A stretch of DNA of 63,401 bases, filler included, from Choristocarpus tenellus KU-1152 (taxonomy: Eukaryota > Protista > Phaeophyceae), in the NCBI GenBank assembly GCA_964200185.2. It is 11 parts of 11 records of this genome, joined end to end, with 100 filler letters (N's around TTAATTAATTAA, not from the genome) between each part and the next. Parts side by side here need not be neighbours in the genome. Positions count along the whole stretch, not along the records: positions 11,356 to 17,009 come from CAXNAD020010123.1; positions 17,110 to 21,180 come from CAXNAD020016383.1; positions 21,281 to 24,091 come from CAXNAD020024544.1; 8 more parts are not named here. One strand, written 5' to 3'. The position numbers and the translations under genes were made by a program. How positions within the stretch are numbered: position 1 is the first letter of the stretch; the number at the start of each line of letters is the position of its first letter. Under the pieces are notes generated by a model. That model saw nothing but the letters and a program-made list of their open reading frames with translations, was not told the origin of the DNA and did not search any database. This document shows positions 11,463 to 24,191 of the stretch, piece after piece.

Positions 11463-14400
11463 AGGTCATCTCAAGAATATAACAATACTCTGCCCATTTT
11501 CCCATCCTTGGGAACAAGTGGAAGTATCAAGGAAGAATCCGTAGTGCTTGATATCAGCCCTCTCATTGATGGTGCTTCCAAGGTAAACATTATTGTGATT
11601 CTGCTTGAGCTCCGACCAGAAGCACAATTTTTCATTTTGTCTACGGTCTCATTTTGGGAGGTTGAAGGCACATAGTATCTATCTTCAGGTCAGACACTGT
11701 TATTAGTTACAATGTTCTACCGATGATGGCTATGTCCACTCTCGAACAGTATGTTTGCAACTTCAGCATAGGACACCACGCCCCACAGATACCACTCAAG
11801 TGTCAGCCTAATCTCTCTTGCCCATCCTCCGTTGACCTGGGTGTCTCGGCTCCCTTGATAACAACCATGTCGTTGGGAGACTACTACTATTATTGTTGTA
11901 ACGTTTGTTTTGGAAGGTATCCCCTTATGTGGAAGTTGATACCTTCTATTGTCAATCTTGAAAGTGGAAAATGACTAGTTAGTTATTTAGGGTTATACCT
12001 TCGTTTGTCTACACTTGAATTTTTTTGAAATGTGAATATGCATATCATCCCAAGTAGAGAAGGGAGTAGATACAACTCCTTGCTGGAGATTCGCGAAATG
12101 GAAGATAATAGGGAGCTACGTCGCACACCAGAGAGAAAATATCATGGGCCCAGTCTACGCAGGCAAGCCGAACTAGAGCATCTTTGGCTGATGAGACAAA
12201 ATTCGCAACGGGTCCATCTCCCACACACCAATCGGAAATGAACGTCAGGTCACTTTGCTCACACCTTCGTACCACCACGCGCTCTTCCTGGGCAGAGGAG
12301 AAAGCGACGACTTCGAGGTTAAAGTTTGCGAGGCATATGTTACACTCGGTCGCCTTCACCATGTACGCAAGCGACATCATCGAGACATGGACAGACTTAA
12401 GGAGGACCTGAATAGAAGGGTCAAGGCGCCATTCGAAGGCGCCGTAGAGCGAATACGAAGCGAGGTGCGAAAGCATTTTTTTTTCACTCCTACGCAAGAA
12501 GGTCCGTTATGTGTAAGATTGTTCATTTCTGAGAATAGATTTCTCGTGGTGCACTCTCACTGAGGACAGGAACACAGTGGTGCTGCTTTTGAGTTGTTGA
12601 AACATTACGTGATTTGTTCGCGCGCTCTTCTCTGTGCTGTCGAATGCTCCACACATGCAGTATGAGGCCTTGCAGGGATCATTGGAGTGCATGTATCGTC
12701 GATCGATCGATGACCTGGAAGGACACAAATTGGGTGTCGAGAAGGCCTCGCTCGGGTGTATGAAGGTGGGAAGGTGCCTGATGAATTGACGGAAGACGGG
12801 GGAATATCGTATCTATCTCACCCGTGCATCAGTTTCTCAATGCTATGTTGAAATTTGTGACTATATTGGCTAGTACTCTGGCACTGAGGGAAGCTTATCT
12901 GAAGAGAGCACCCTAATGCCCTCCTGTCCCCCCATATGGGAAGTAGACACTGGGTTGACCTCATTCAGTGATGACAAACGCCTAGTCAATGCTGCTCTGC
13001 ATGTACGTTTTATTTAGAGTTCATAGATACAATGCTCATCCTTTTTTCCATGGTTGTGTGACCGCAATGGCCCAATCATGAACCTCGAGAAACACTGGGA
13101 ATTCTCATTCGCCTTGCGATATACGAGGAGAGAGTATTTGTTTTGTCCTTGTACAACGCTCGCTGACTTTGACGTTGCTATTATTCCTCCAAACACTCTT
13201 CTTCAGATTTGTAACATTCAACATCACCCCCATGAACTCTCTGCCACTACTTTCTGCCTTTATTAATCTTAGGTGCTTGAAGGACATGTTGCTGCTGTCA
13301 AGAAAGAAGAGGACCGATTGAAAGATCTCCTTGGAAATTCTGATGAGAGCTGTTTCCTTCGGTGAGGGTATGCCTGTAGCAACGGAAAATGAAGATATGC
13401 TTCCATTCCATTCTTTGATGCATGTGTATGTGGAGGAGGGTGTGTAGATTGAATGCCTGGAGGGTGCTGGAGATCACATCACTATCTCTTGATGATGCTT
13501 CCAATTGCTGTTTGCGAGAGCCTGTTTTTGTCGAGATACAATGTTGTTGAGTTTGCTCGAACATACGCAAAGATAGTGGCAAGGAGAAGCTATACTAACC
13601 AGGGGAATAGCCTAACCACAGATAGATGTGACTGCAGCAATTGATGTTGAATGTATTCAAGCGACCATGGTGGGCACAATAGTTTTTTATGGTCCGTAGC
13701 TTTTTTTTTAATACCAGACACGCTTTCGAAGTAATATATACTGTGCTTTTTTTTTTTCAACACCCTTGCTACAGGTCTTCATGACTAGAACATAACATAC
13801 GTGGCTTGTATTTGAGATCATAAGAAATGTTCTCTTTTTGTGGCATTAGGACACCCTAGTTGATACTTGCCGTACATGATGAGGGGACCCCAGGATGTCT
13901 CTTCCCTCTTACATAGCCCATGTGTTAGTCCAGAACAAAACAGTACACCCAACTGAGCTTCTCCAATAGGTCGCATAGAACGGTCGATGTTGAAGGTCCC
14001 ATCTGCCCCTACCCCCTGTTGTGTCCTGGTGTGCTAACTAGTCACAATTGAATTACAGCACAATGTCTTCATTTGGGGTGTTGTGACATCTGTACCTTTA
14101 TGTGGTACGTGTGCAAGGTCTTCCACAACCCTCCCTCATCTCCGCAGTCACTAGGGTTCTTTACTCATGCCTGAAATGACTATACACTATGCAATACGCT
14201 GTACGCTCCAGTTTTTATTATTTCTTGGGCAGGTTAGAAGTAGGGTTAGCATTTTGGACAGCATGGTGCAAACGAGGGTTCTCTCTGCAGTACATGTACT
14301 GTTGAAGTGTTCATGCAGTGGAGCGCGTTACTTGACACCCATGCAGCGTTCGATATCACAACCGATAGCTCAGAATGGCTTGACGCTGGTATCACTTTTT

Positions 14401-17400
14401 CTGCTGTGTACATGTATGTTCTGTCGAAGTGGCACACGCCTTAGTCTCGCCCTTGCGCTCACCAGCATCTTACAATGCGGTTTATGTTTAGATGTTGGGG
14501 TACACAAGGTGACCCGAGCAAGAAATCAAAGAAACCGTTGTTGAGTGCGCGCAATGTGGAACTGCTTCTTCTGTCCGTGATAAGGGTGGGGCATTGCACC
14601 ACTCCTGTCATCTGCTAATTTCTACATCTTCCGTGCTGCATATGATGGAAGATTTCGATAGCACGCATGGAACTGCTTGTACCATCAGTCCGTGGTAAAA
14701 AGAGATAATGTGCAATGACATTCCACTCCGACAATTGCTGATTTGTTGGTTGGGGGGGGTACAGTATGGCCAAGAAGGAAGCGGTTGGTGGTGTACGTGT
14801 GGAATTGCTTGCACCATCCACGATAGGTGCATATACCGTAATACGACTGCACCGACTGTCAATTTCTTTGTCTGGCGGAAGGCGTGTTGTGTACCTCAGA
14901 GTCGGAGTGTTATTTTTTTATTGCTACTGTACATTGCGCGTACAACTAATGTGTGATCCGAGAGCGAGATTTTTTTCGAAGAGAATTGATTTGAGCCATT
15001 TTGTGGTGTAGTATTGCTGTTTGTTGTTGAGGCCTGCCTCGCTACACAAGAGAGGGACTGTAGAGCGGTTGTATTTGGTGGGTTTGAAGTGTTGGGGTAG
15101 GGTCATGCTTTTTTATCTGTAGTATCAATGTATGTCAGAGTATAGTTGTATCAGAAAAGTGCTCTTCTTTGGAAATGCAAAGTGGCTCAGGTGACACAAA
15201 GAAAGAACACACACACACACACGAACACACACTACCAAACCCCCTGTGCATACAATGCTGACAGAGTAGTCCTTCTCCCTCCTCCCATCCACTGACACCC
15301 TCTCTCACACATGCCTACACTCATATCGGTGGCAGGGCATTGCCAGGGGTAATGGGTGACGTTGAGCAAGTTTTGGAGGATAGTGCAAGACTGGTCGGGA
15401 TGCCTCTTCCCAAGGTGACACACTGACACTCCTTGATAGCCTTATGTACCTGGACTCTTGAAGCTGTGCGAGCTTGCATGATTTTGTGGTGGTCGATTTT
15501 ATCCCCCCTTGATACCACCATTGAAGACATTTTTTTGTACCAATTCTGCCGTCAGTATTGTATGTCACATTTGATGCACTACCCAGTAATGCATCGTTTA
15601 TTTTTAAAAAAAATCGGTCAGTGCCTGAACCTGAAAATCTCTCCTGCCTTACAGACACCACGTGACTATTTCTATTTTGTATGGACCAGAGCATGAAGTG
15701 GCTTATTAATCTTGGCACTATTCCTCCCCATCCCCCTCCCCCGACTGTAAAGACATCCTTGACCAGTTGCTACACTCTGGAAGACCCCTCACCTTACCAT
15801 GGATCCCCCACCTCACTGGTAAAAACTTCCTTACAGGCAAGTCACCTAAGTCAAGAGGACTTTCCCCTCGGCCGTCTCCATAACCTCACCATTGCTCCTA
15901 AGAGATCTGGTGCCAGGAGTAGGGCCTCACCAGAAAGCTTGGGGGAGGGGCACTATCAGGGGCGTGATGGGGGGCAGGATGAGACAGGGCTATTGGAGGG
16001 CAGGGGGGTGGGGTGCAGGTGTCGTGGTTGTCGATGGTGAGAGGATAAAGGGGAGAGGGGTTGGGGGTTGGTGGGTGGGGGGGAGTTACTCATAAGGTGG
16101 AGCTCATGCCCTACATGTGTAGAATAGAGAGACTGCTGTATATATTATGGCATTCTGATTCAGTGGGGTGGAGGAAGGTTACACACACCACCAGCAGGTT
16201 GATGCAGTGTATACCCTCGTGCAGTTGTTGCTGAAGACAGGGGTTTTCAAAAAAATTGAGAGGCGTTTCTTTGTATGAGGACAGAGACAAGATGTACTGG
16301 AGCATGAAGCGAAGGAGTAGAAAATATCTCCGACCCTGAACCCTAACCCTTTGACGTGTGAATGCTCATGCTCTCTGAATAGTATTTAGGCTGTGTGTAG
16401 ATATTAGTACTTCAAAATAGTTTCAAGTGGCTGGGGGGAGGGGATAAGAATAATTTGAAGTGAAAATGTTTTGGTGTTTGTTCCGCAGCACCTCTGTCTT
16501 GTCAGTTGCTTTCCCTCAACATCCCCTTGCCTCACCACTGTGTACCACGCCAAATCCGTATTGTACAAGGTCAATCCAGGAGCGGACACCGGCTTCGGGG
16601 GCAGACTCCATTGCTAAAAAGGTAACGACAAGGACAAGGACTGCAGGCTTTCCTGTAGGGGAGTCTTGCTGCTACTGTATGTGCAGCTGTGGAGGCAAAG
16701 ACATCCGTGCAGCTTTCAAGGTAACAAGGGTTGAGTAGTTGAACAAAAGGGGGGAGATACTATGGCATGGGAGGATTTGGGTGAAGGATTTGTAGGTAGG
16801 AATTTGTTTTTTTAGTTGTTAGCTCTGGATTCGGCTCTGTAGCTATACTGGATAGGGCCTTCACTCGGAATATTGTTTATGTTCAAAATTTTGGTGTTGA
16901 GAGTATTCAAGTGGATGAGGGCATGGGGACTGAATGAGAGGTGAGGTGTATTTGTGGTAAGTTGTTGCAGTAGGATGCATCATGAGCTTGTTGGGGGGGG
17001 GGGGGGGGGNNNNNNNNNNNNNNNNNNNNNNNNNNNNNNNNNNNNNNNNNNNNTTAATTAATTAANNNNNNNNNNNNNNNNNNNNNNNNNNNNNNNNNNN
17101 NNNNNNNNNCCCCCCCAGATACTTTGACCCATAAGTTTTGTTTTTCTGAAGCACTCCTTATTTGGGGGGTTTTCTGTCACACACTGGTCTTCAAGGCTGT
17201 CTTCAACCCGCTTCTGTCTGCTGTAGGTTACATCCTTGTTTGAGGCAGCTGTAAAATCAGACCCAAGCTCGGATCAAGCGGGTATGGAGAACCTATCTAA
17301 GGAGGGATTCTTCATGATATGTGCCCTATCTAAGGCGGATTTCATGCAGGTATAGTAGGTGTAGTAGGCGAAGACCATCTATCTTGTAGGTTTGAGAGTA

Positions 17401-19449
17401 TGTTTCACGTTGATTGGTGCCTTACTCTGTGGTGGAGGCCTTGTGTCTGGGCGGGCGTGTATGACTAGGTCTGTTTTGAGCTTGAGAGAGTTTGGTGGGA
17501 TGGAACAACTATGTCTTCCTTTTGTACATCTTGGTGGTGGGTGGATATGGTATATTGCCTGTTTTGGAGAACTGAAAGGAGGAAGAGGAAAGTTTGATTG
17601 ATTGTGTTGAACTTTAGAGATTTTTTGTTTTTATCCTGGCATACTTGTTTGCATGATATAGTATACTTTATTCTAACACCTGTGTGTTGTGAAAAACACT
17701 TGTAAATGTGAATTGTACTGTTTTGTCAATATTTGATCAACTCGTTTCAATCGAATTGTGCTCTGAGCTAGCTGCCTGTAGCGCCACGGGGCTGAAGTCC
17801 CCCCCTCTCCCTGACTGTTGAGGGACTCCAACAGAGGCACATTTTTTTGTTCAATTTTCAACTTTTGCTTGTTTCTTTTGTTTGTTTATACAATGATAAA
17901 AAATAGTAATCACCATCTCCTGTAATATCTGAGATGGACTCTTGGCTATGTTCTGGTCAATTGAAGAGTTAAGAACCTGTGTATCCCAATGGTTGGTAAG
18001 GTGAATTTCTTAGTCATAATCCGCACATGGAGGGTTTACCTTCCACATGTACCCTTCAAGTCTCCAAATCCAAAAGCTTCCACAGTCATAGGGCAGTTTC
18101 ATTATTTTGTTTATTATTTGTAGTAGTATGTAAATATTATTACTGTTCTTATTTTGATATTATTATTCTTGCGATCATTTGATTCACAGTCAGTCAGTGA
18201 CGGATAGAGATTTGTAGTGGGCAGTGTGAAGTGAGTGGTGAGACTGGTCATTAGAACACCGTGTTGTGTGTTGTGCAATTTCTCGAGATCAAAATTGATA
18301 AAAAGAAAAAATAGTAACTGATTTTTTCTGCTTTTTTACCATGCTTTGACTTTTTTATTTTAAAGAATTGATAAATATTGTCATGATTCACAGTACTACT
18401 AATAGGTACACATAAACTTACTACACACATATTTATATATATATATATAAAGATACATAAACTTTAGAATGATACAATGATCTGCATATCGAAGTTTCTA
18501 AAAAGTATTTTTTTTAGTAAAATAGTTCTCCCCTCTCACACCTGTTCTGTTTACAAACATCCATAGGAAGGGGTGGAGTTCAAGGAATGGATAAAGAGCA
18601 GCAAGTGTGGGAGATGGGCCAGCTTCAGGCACAAAGTAGATGGTGAGCATATTTGAAGGGAATGACACCTATCAAAAGAGCTTTATGTCTTTTTATATGT
18701 TGGGGTTGCTCTAAGATAGCTGTTACGCCATCCTGTTCTTCATAGTTCAAGATAAATTTTTTTGTTTTAGTAGGGGGTTTTTTTTCCACAGGGTGGTTCA
18801 ATGATAGAGTGACTTTTCTGTCTTGTGCATATTTTATTATTTTGAAGATGTTTTTGACTATTCTTATTCTTATTATTATCATTATCACTGATAACAGGGT
18901 TCTGCTTAGTCATTTTGTCCTAAATCTTTTATCGTGAGTAGTCTTGATGTTCCCCTATTTCCATTGCAAGTCACAATAGGTTATTAGTGCAGTGGGTCTA
19001 CACTTTTAAAAATCTTGATCCACTGTCACTCTTGGTTGTAGTATTGCTATTGATTCTTAGTTGTTAGTTATTGCGGTGATGGTATATAGATGGGCAAAGT
19101 CCTTGATTGGAGGTGAGTCTTTTCTGAGGTGCTAATACTGTTATTGATTAGTATTATACTATGTTTTAGTGATAAGGTTAGGGTAGGGGGGAGGGGGGGG
19201 GAAAGGAGATACCCTTAGCTTCTGCACATTGATTTCCAGGCCTGGGTATTTATGATGGTTGTGTTAGTGCCTCTTCCTCCCCTTCTTCTACTGACCTTTG
19301 ATTTTCTATCTCTGCCTCCTATTGATTTTTTTATTTCCCATATGCCCCACCTGTGTTCCATGTGTGACTTGTTGAACACTCTGTCACTGCACTGCACCCG
19401 TCTTGTCTTGTCTACGGATTTGAACTGGCTCTCTTTTGATTTTTCCAAG

Positions 19450-19533
19450 GCATCATGTCGTGCAGGATCAAATTGTTTTGGGTCACTCCCCGAGTCAGTC
19501 GTGTTGTGTACGATGTGGCAGTGGTAGTCCAAG
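19450..19533 (+). CDS. Isolated 84-nt internal exon, possibly EDR2 C-terminal/DUF1336-like
   Basis: Pyrimidine-rich acceptor ...tttgatttttccaag and donor G|GTGAGA. It reads IMSCRIKLFWVTPRVSRVVYDVAVVVQG, resembling the DUF1336 'vvfDvafvieG' motif; the family call is from memory only. Confidence 0.35.
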
Positions 19534-19741
19534 GTGAGAGACTATTATTAGTGAATATCATTACCCCCCCCCCTCCCCTCCCCTCCCCCCTTCCCTGTGT
19601 GGTTTATTTTTCATTTTTGTATGTCCTTCCTACTTTCTATTGATTGTACATAGTAGTGTTGCAAATGAATTGTATCAGTGGAAAAAATGGGCACAAAAAT
19701 GGACAAGAAAGAGGTTTTTGCATGCATTTAGATTTGTTGGA

Positions 19742-19969
19742 ATGAATCAGTTGAGGCAGTCTGAAGTGGATGTACATTAGTTGGTGTGCAAGAGTGAGTA
19801 GCCCCTAGAATGGCATTGTAAGTGTGACCAGATACATTACATGGGAAAGGATTGCATATATTGGCATGAATCAGTTGTGGCAGTCTGAGGTGGATGTACA
19901 TTAGTTGGTGTGCAAGAATTAGTAGTCCCTAGGATGGGATTGCAAATGTGACCAGATACATTATGTGGG
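19742..19969. repeat. Tandem duplication, ~124-bp period, 2 copies
   Basis: ATGAATCAGTTG.GGCAGTCTGA.GTGGATGTACATTAGTTGGTGTGCAAGA...GTGACCAGATACATTA at 19742 and 19866. Confidence 0.9.
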
Positions 19970-21141
19970 GGAGAGGAGGGGGGTGGAGGTGTATAGGGAT
20001 AGTTGTGTCAAAGGAGTTGAGAGTAGGGTATGAAACCAAGGCACTGTGGTGTAGAGGGTGATATTGGGGGGTATCTGGGCATGGTTAACAAAATTTGTTT
20101 GTGTAAGGAGAAGGGGATGAGTGGTGGGTTTCGTAGTTGTATACCAGTGCGTTCTTTTGTCTTCCACTTGGGTACATGAAGTGAGTACATGGTAGAGTGG
20201 AGTGTAGTAGGAACGTGTAGTAGCTAGTCATGACTTTCCTTTTTTTTTATTGGTTGATGTCACTGAACTCTGCAGGTGGCATGTGGTATATTTAGAGTGT
20301 TTTGTGCACATTGCATTGCAGTGCTTCTAGGATCTTATCTCTTTCTCTCTCTCTCTCTTTTGCTTCACAATGCCTCCCCAATATGTTAAATATTAGGGTT
20401 AGGGTTAGGGTTGAGGGTGGTTGGTATTTGGTGTTATGGTAGATGTGGACACCGAGTATCTTTGTGGGAGGGTGAACAAACAAAGACCTTCCTCCCTTTT
20501 GTAAAGATGAGAGTTATATGTGTCCGTAAAGATGGTGAGATTTGAAGCAGTGATGTTTGTTGATTGTTGTCTGCCTGGGTACGTCATTCATCATCATAGT
20601 AATAATAATAAAGTAAAGATTATTGGTTGGTTAGTTTTTGTTTGATTTCTTGCAGTCATGCGTAGTATTATGCCTGTAGTGGAGTATTGGTAACAACCAG
20701 TAAAAAAAGGAAAAGTGTATATCATATCCTGAAGCCCACTTTATAGCTCGAGCGTTGCTGCTCCTCAGATGGTGTCCACTGGGGTTAGATTTTCGCTATT
20801 GAGGGGATGGTTGGAAAATATTGAAAAATTAGGAAAAATTAGGCCTTGGAGGGGTGGGGGGTGGGGGATATTTTATGGTGGAGATGTCCAGGTCTTGTTT
20901 TTTTTTCTTTTTGTGTTTAAAAAAAAGAAAAAAAATGAATTGAAGAGTTGTGTTACTATTGATAAGAGTTTTGTTTGATATCTTGATCAATGACTGAGTG
21001 GGGTGGATATGTCAATCTATTGTTAAATTCGTGCTGACTCAGTACAGGATAGTTACAAAATTATCAACTGTGTTCTTTTTATATTGTACAAAGTTATATT
21101 CGAAGCAGCTAAGCCTGTTACTTTTTCACATATCCTATACC

Positions 21142-21180
<39 letters not shown>

Positions 21181-22262
21181 NNNNNNNNNNNNNNNNNNNN
21201 NNNNNNNNNNNNNNNNNNNNNNNNTTAATTAATTAANNNNNNNNNNNNNNNNNNNNNNNNNNNNNNNNNNNNNNNNNNNNCCCAAAAAACGCGACATGAT
21301 AAAATTGACCCCAAATGGAAAGCCTCCACCCCCCCCCCCACCAGAAAATTTGACCCAAATACGAGAAATCGGAAGGTAAAACGTAAAAAATGATTTGGTC
21401 TTGTCAATATTCCTACGGTTTTCTTCTACACCAACGACAGCCGCCCATTTCAAAAAAAAAAAAAATCATACAAACATTATTAGTACACACACACACATAT
21501 ATATATATATATACATCCTTCCGATTTCTCATAGCATGTCCTTCCCTCACATCCTCACCTCACAGAAATACCCCCATTAAAAAGGACACAGCCTTAGTTT
21601 AGAACTTTTCAACCATACCATCATCACCGATGAGTGTATCTTGGGAAAGAAGTTTGGGAATAAATGTGTGTGGAGAAGATAATATTGTGATCGTTATACA
21701 TTCCATGAACCATGAAAAAGATATGAATTTTCGATTTTTTTGACGCAACGGCACTATGGCTGACAACAAAAAAATATAACACAATAAAAAACTCTCCAGA
21801 CCCACATGTTTTCTTCAACATGAACATTCAAGTTTTGCCACAGGTTATACCTAGTTGTCAAGGACACTGACAGGAACCTTACAGGCATGACCACATTGTT
21901 GGCCCCCACCATTGAGCTGTGCTTGACTGATTGCAGTCATTGAAAAGCCCTACTAGTGATAGACGGCCTGTTTTCCCAAGGAAGTGGAAAATTGCAATCC
22001 TTCAGAAAGCGCTGGCTCACCTGGTACAAGAGAGTTCTTCAAATCAAACATGCATTAGGACCCGTGTGTGATACCAAGTTTTTTCTGCTGTCAAAACTAT
22101 GCCTTTCTACTCCCTTTTTCGGAATGGTACTGAGTCAAAGCACACAAGATGTGCCTAGGGTTGACTCAAATTAAGGACGCTAATAAAAGATACGCAAAAT
22201 TTGTTGTTTTTAAGAATTTGTACAGATAATTTTAATTAATTATGTCAAGTCAACACTATCAA

Positions 22263-22533
22263 GAGACAAAAGTAAGCGAGAGGTACCCAGAGTGGCATTT
22301 TTAAGGATAATGGGCAAATATGTGTAAAATTTGACATTAAAAAAAAAATGTGTGTGTGTAGGATATTTTCAGAAATTTATGTCGAAATTTTTCAATACAA
22401 TAGAGAAATCAGCACTCTCAAGTCAAACTTAGCACTTTACCCAAAGAAATACGGGTGAATTGCAAAGGTTTAAAAAACTGACTTAAAATGCAAAACGGTC
22501 CAAACAAGGGGTACCTCTCGCTTACTTTGGCTC
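22263..22533. mobile_element. MITE family C (271 bp, ~25-bp TIRs)
   Basis: Left end GAGACAAAAGTAAGCGAGAGGTACCC; right end GGGTACCTCTCGCTTACTTTGGCTC; AT-rich non-coding interior; no clear TSD. Confidence 0.8.
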
Positions 22534-24191
22534 ACTCAGCTGCAGCAGTAATTGAAACACATACATTCCGGACTACTTTGTTGCATTTCTTTGTAGGTAG
22601 CACAATTTGAAGCAACTTGACTGAAAAAATTCTGATGGTAGAAAGCTCACCAACTTGACATGCCTCAGCTCTACCTCCCCCTCCCCCTCCCTCCAATTCA
22701 TAAGAAGTATGTATATATATTAAATCACTATTTTCTTTGTAAGAAGAACAGGAGTGCCCCCCCTCTTTCAGAGCAGAGACTATAGGCGCAGAGAAAAAAG
22801 GGTCTCGACAGTTGATGGCAGTGTCAGAATGAGGTGTACCTTCCAATATAGCGGCGACGACCCTTTGTGTACAGTTAGTTCATGAGTCGTAGGACAATAA
22901 AAAAAAGGGGTGAGGATGGAGGGGGGAATAACAAACGTATCAACAAAATCATGACTTAAAAATAATTGTGAAAACTATTGCTAAGGTAGCAACAGACTCT
23001 TAATGAATGCTTCGGGTGTATGCACCAGACTTCCCCCTCCCCCCCCCAAAAAAACACCCCACCAACAGAAGAAATTGCAAACATTTTGATTTGATTGGCT
23101 GTTCAATCCTCATTCACACACCACACACCCTAACCCTACAGGAATGAGTCACACAGACAAAGAGAAAGTAAAAAAAATAATAATACATCATCTGCTCCCG
23201 TGAGAGTTTGAATTTCTACAAATGCCAGGAGCCTGCAATCAAGGATGATATTAATAACACAACTTCTGGGCAGGTGTGTACTAATCCACAGTATTTTCTT
23301 GTGGACTTACTTCTTGTCCGTTGATTTGACATTGTTGGAGAGATCAAACGTCAAAATACTTCTTTTTTTAATTAAAAATTGCCTTGCACACTTGATTGGT
23401 TTCTTCCTAGACTTTTAGAACCGGAAAGTGCCAAGGGTTCGTGAGAAGCATTAAGATTTTAAAAAAAAAAATGAGTGTCCACGAGAGATTTTTTTTTATG
23501 GGAAGCATCTTTTTCTTTTTTCCTCGTATAATACACGTACAATGGACAATCTCGTGCACGTTTCTTTTTTTTATCTAGAATCGAATCAGTCCACTCAAAG
23601 AACAAAAAGGAAGTAACCAATGCACTTGCAATGGAGGAATACGTGGTACGAGAGCAGATTTGGACCAATGAGGCATACCCATTCAAAATTTTCACCTTCC
23701 TTGCCCATTCAAAATTTTCCACAAGCCCGCAATAATAAATAATAAAATAAAAACAAAAAAACACCGCCACCACCACCAACAACAACAACCTGGTCAGAGA
23801 AGACGCATGCATCTTAAGACTCCTCTCCTATCCTCCTCTCTGTTTTTGCCTCTCCTTAGAGATGCCAAGGTGTATCATCAATCATTTTCTTACTTCTATT
23901 CATTAATGGACAAACAGTTTTGTTGTCTAGTGGGCTACCTTCCATCCTCAATATGCAACCTCAGGTCACACAAACATTTTCATTTTTATTATATTTTCAG
24001 AGAGAGAGAGAGGGGGGGGGGGGGGGGGGGGGGGGGGGGAGAGAGATGTCAGGATTGGACCAATCCATAGCTTCACCCTCACCACCACCCANNNNNNNNN
24101 NNNNNNNNNNNNNNNNNNNNNNNNNNNNNNNNNNNTTAATTAATTAANNNNNNNNNNNNNNNNNNNNNNNNNNNNNNNNNNNNNNNNNNNN

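Noticed and set aside
15321-15530. Possible Harbinger/ISL2EU transposase remnant (RTASRVQVHKAIKE)
   Set aside because: The similarity is too weak, with no catalytic motifs or TIRs.
15790-16730. Candidate exons on either strand
   Set aside because: Several frames and strands are equally plausible and no motif is recognisable.
19215-19532. P450-like motif DPKQFDPARH on the minus strand
   Set aside because: No heme-binding or ExxR exon is nearby, and the splice signals favour a plus-strand exon.
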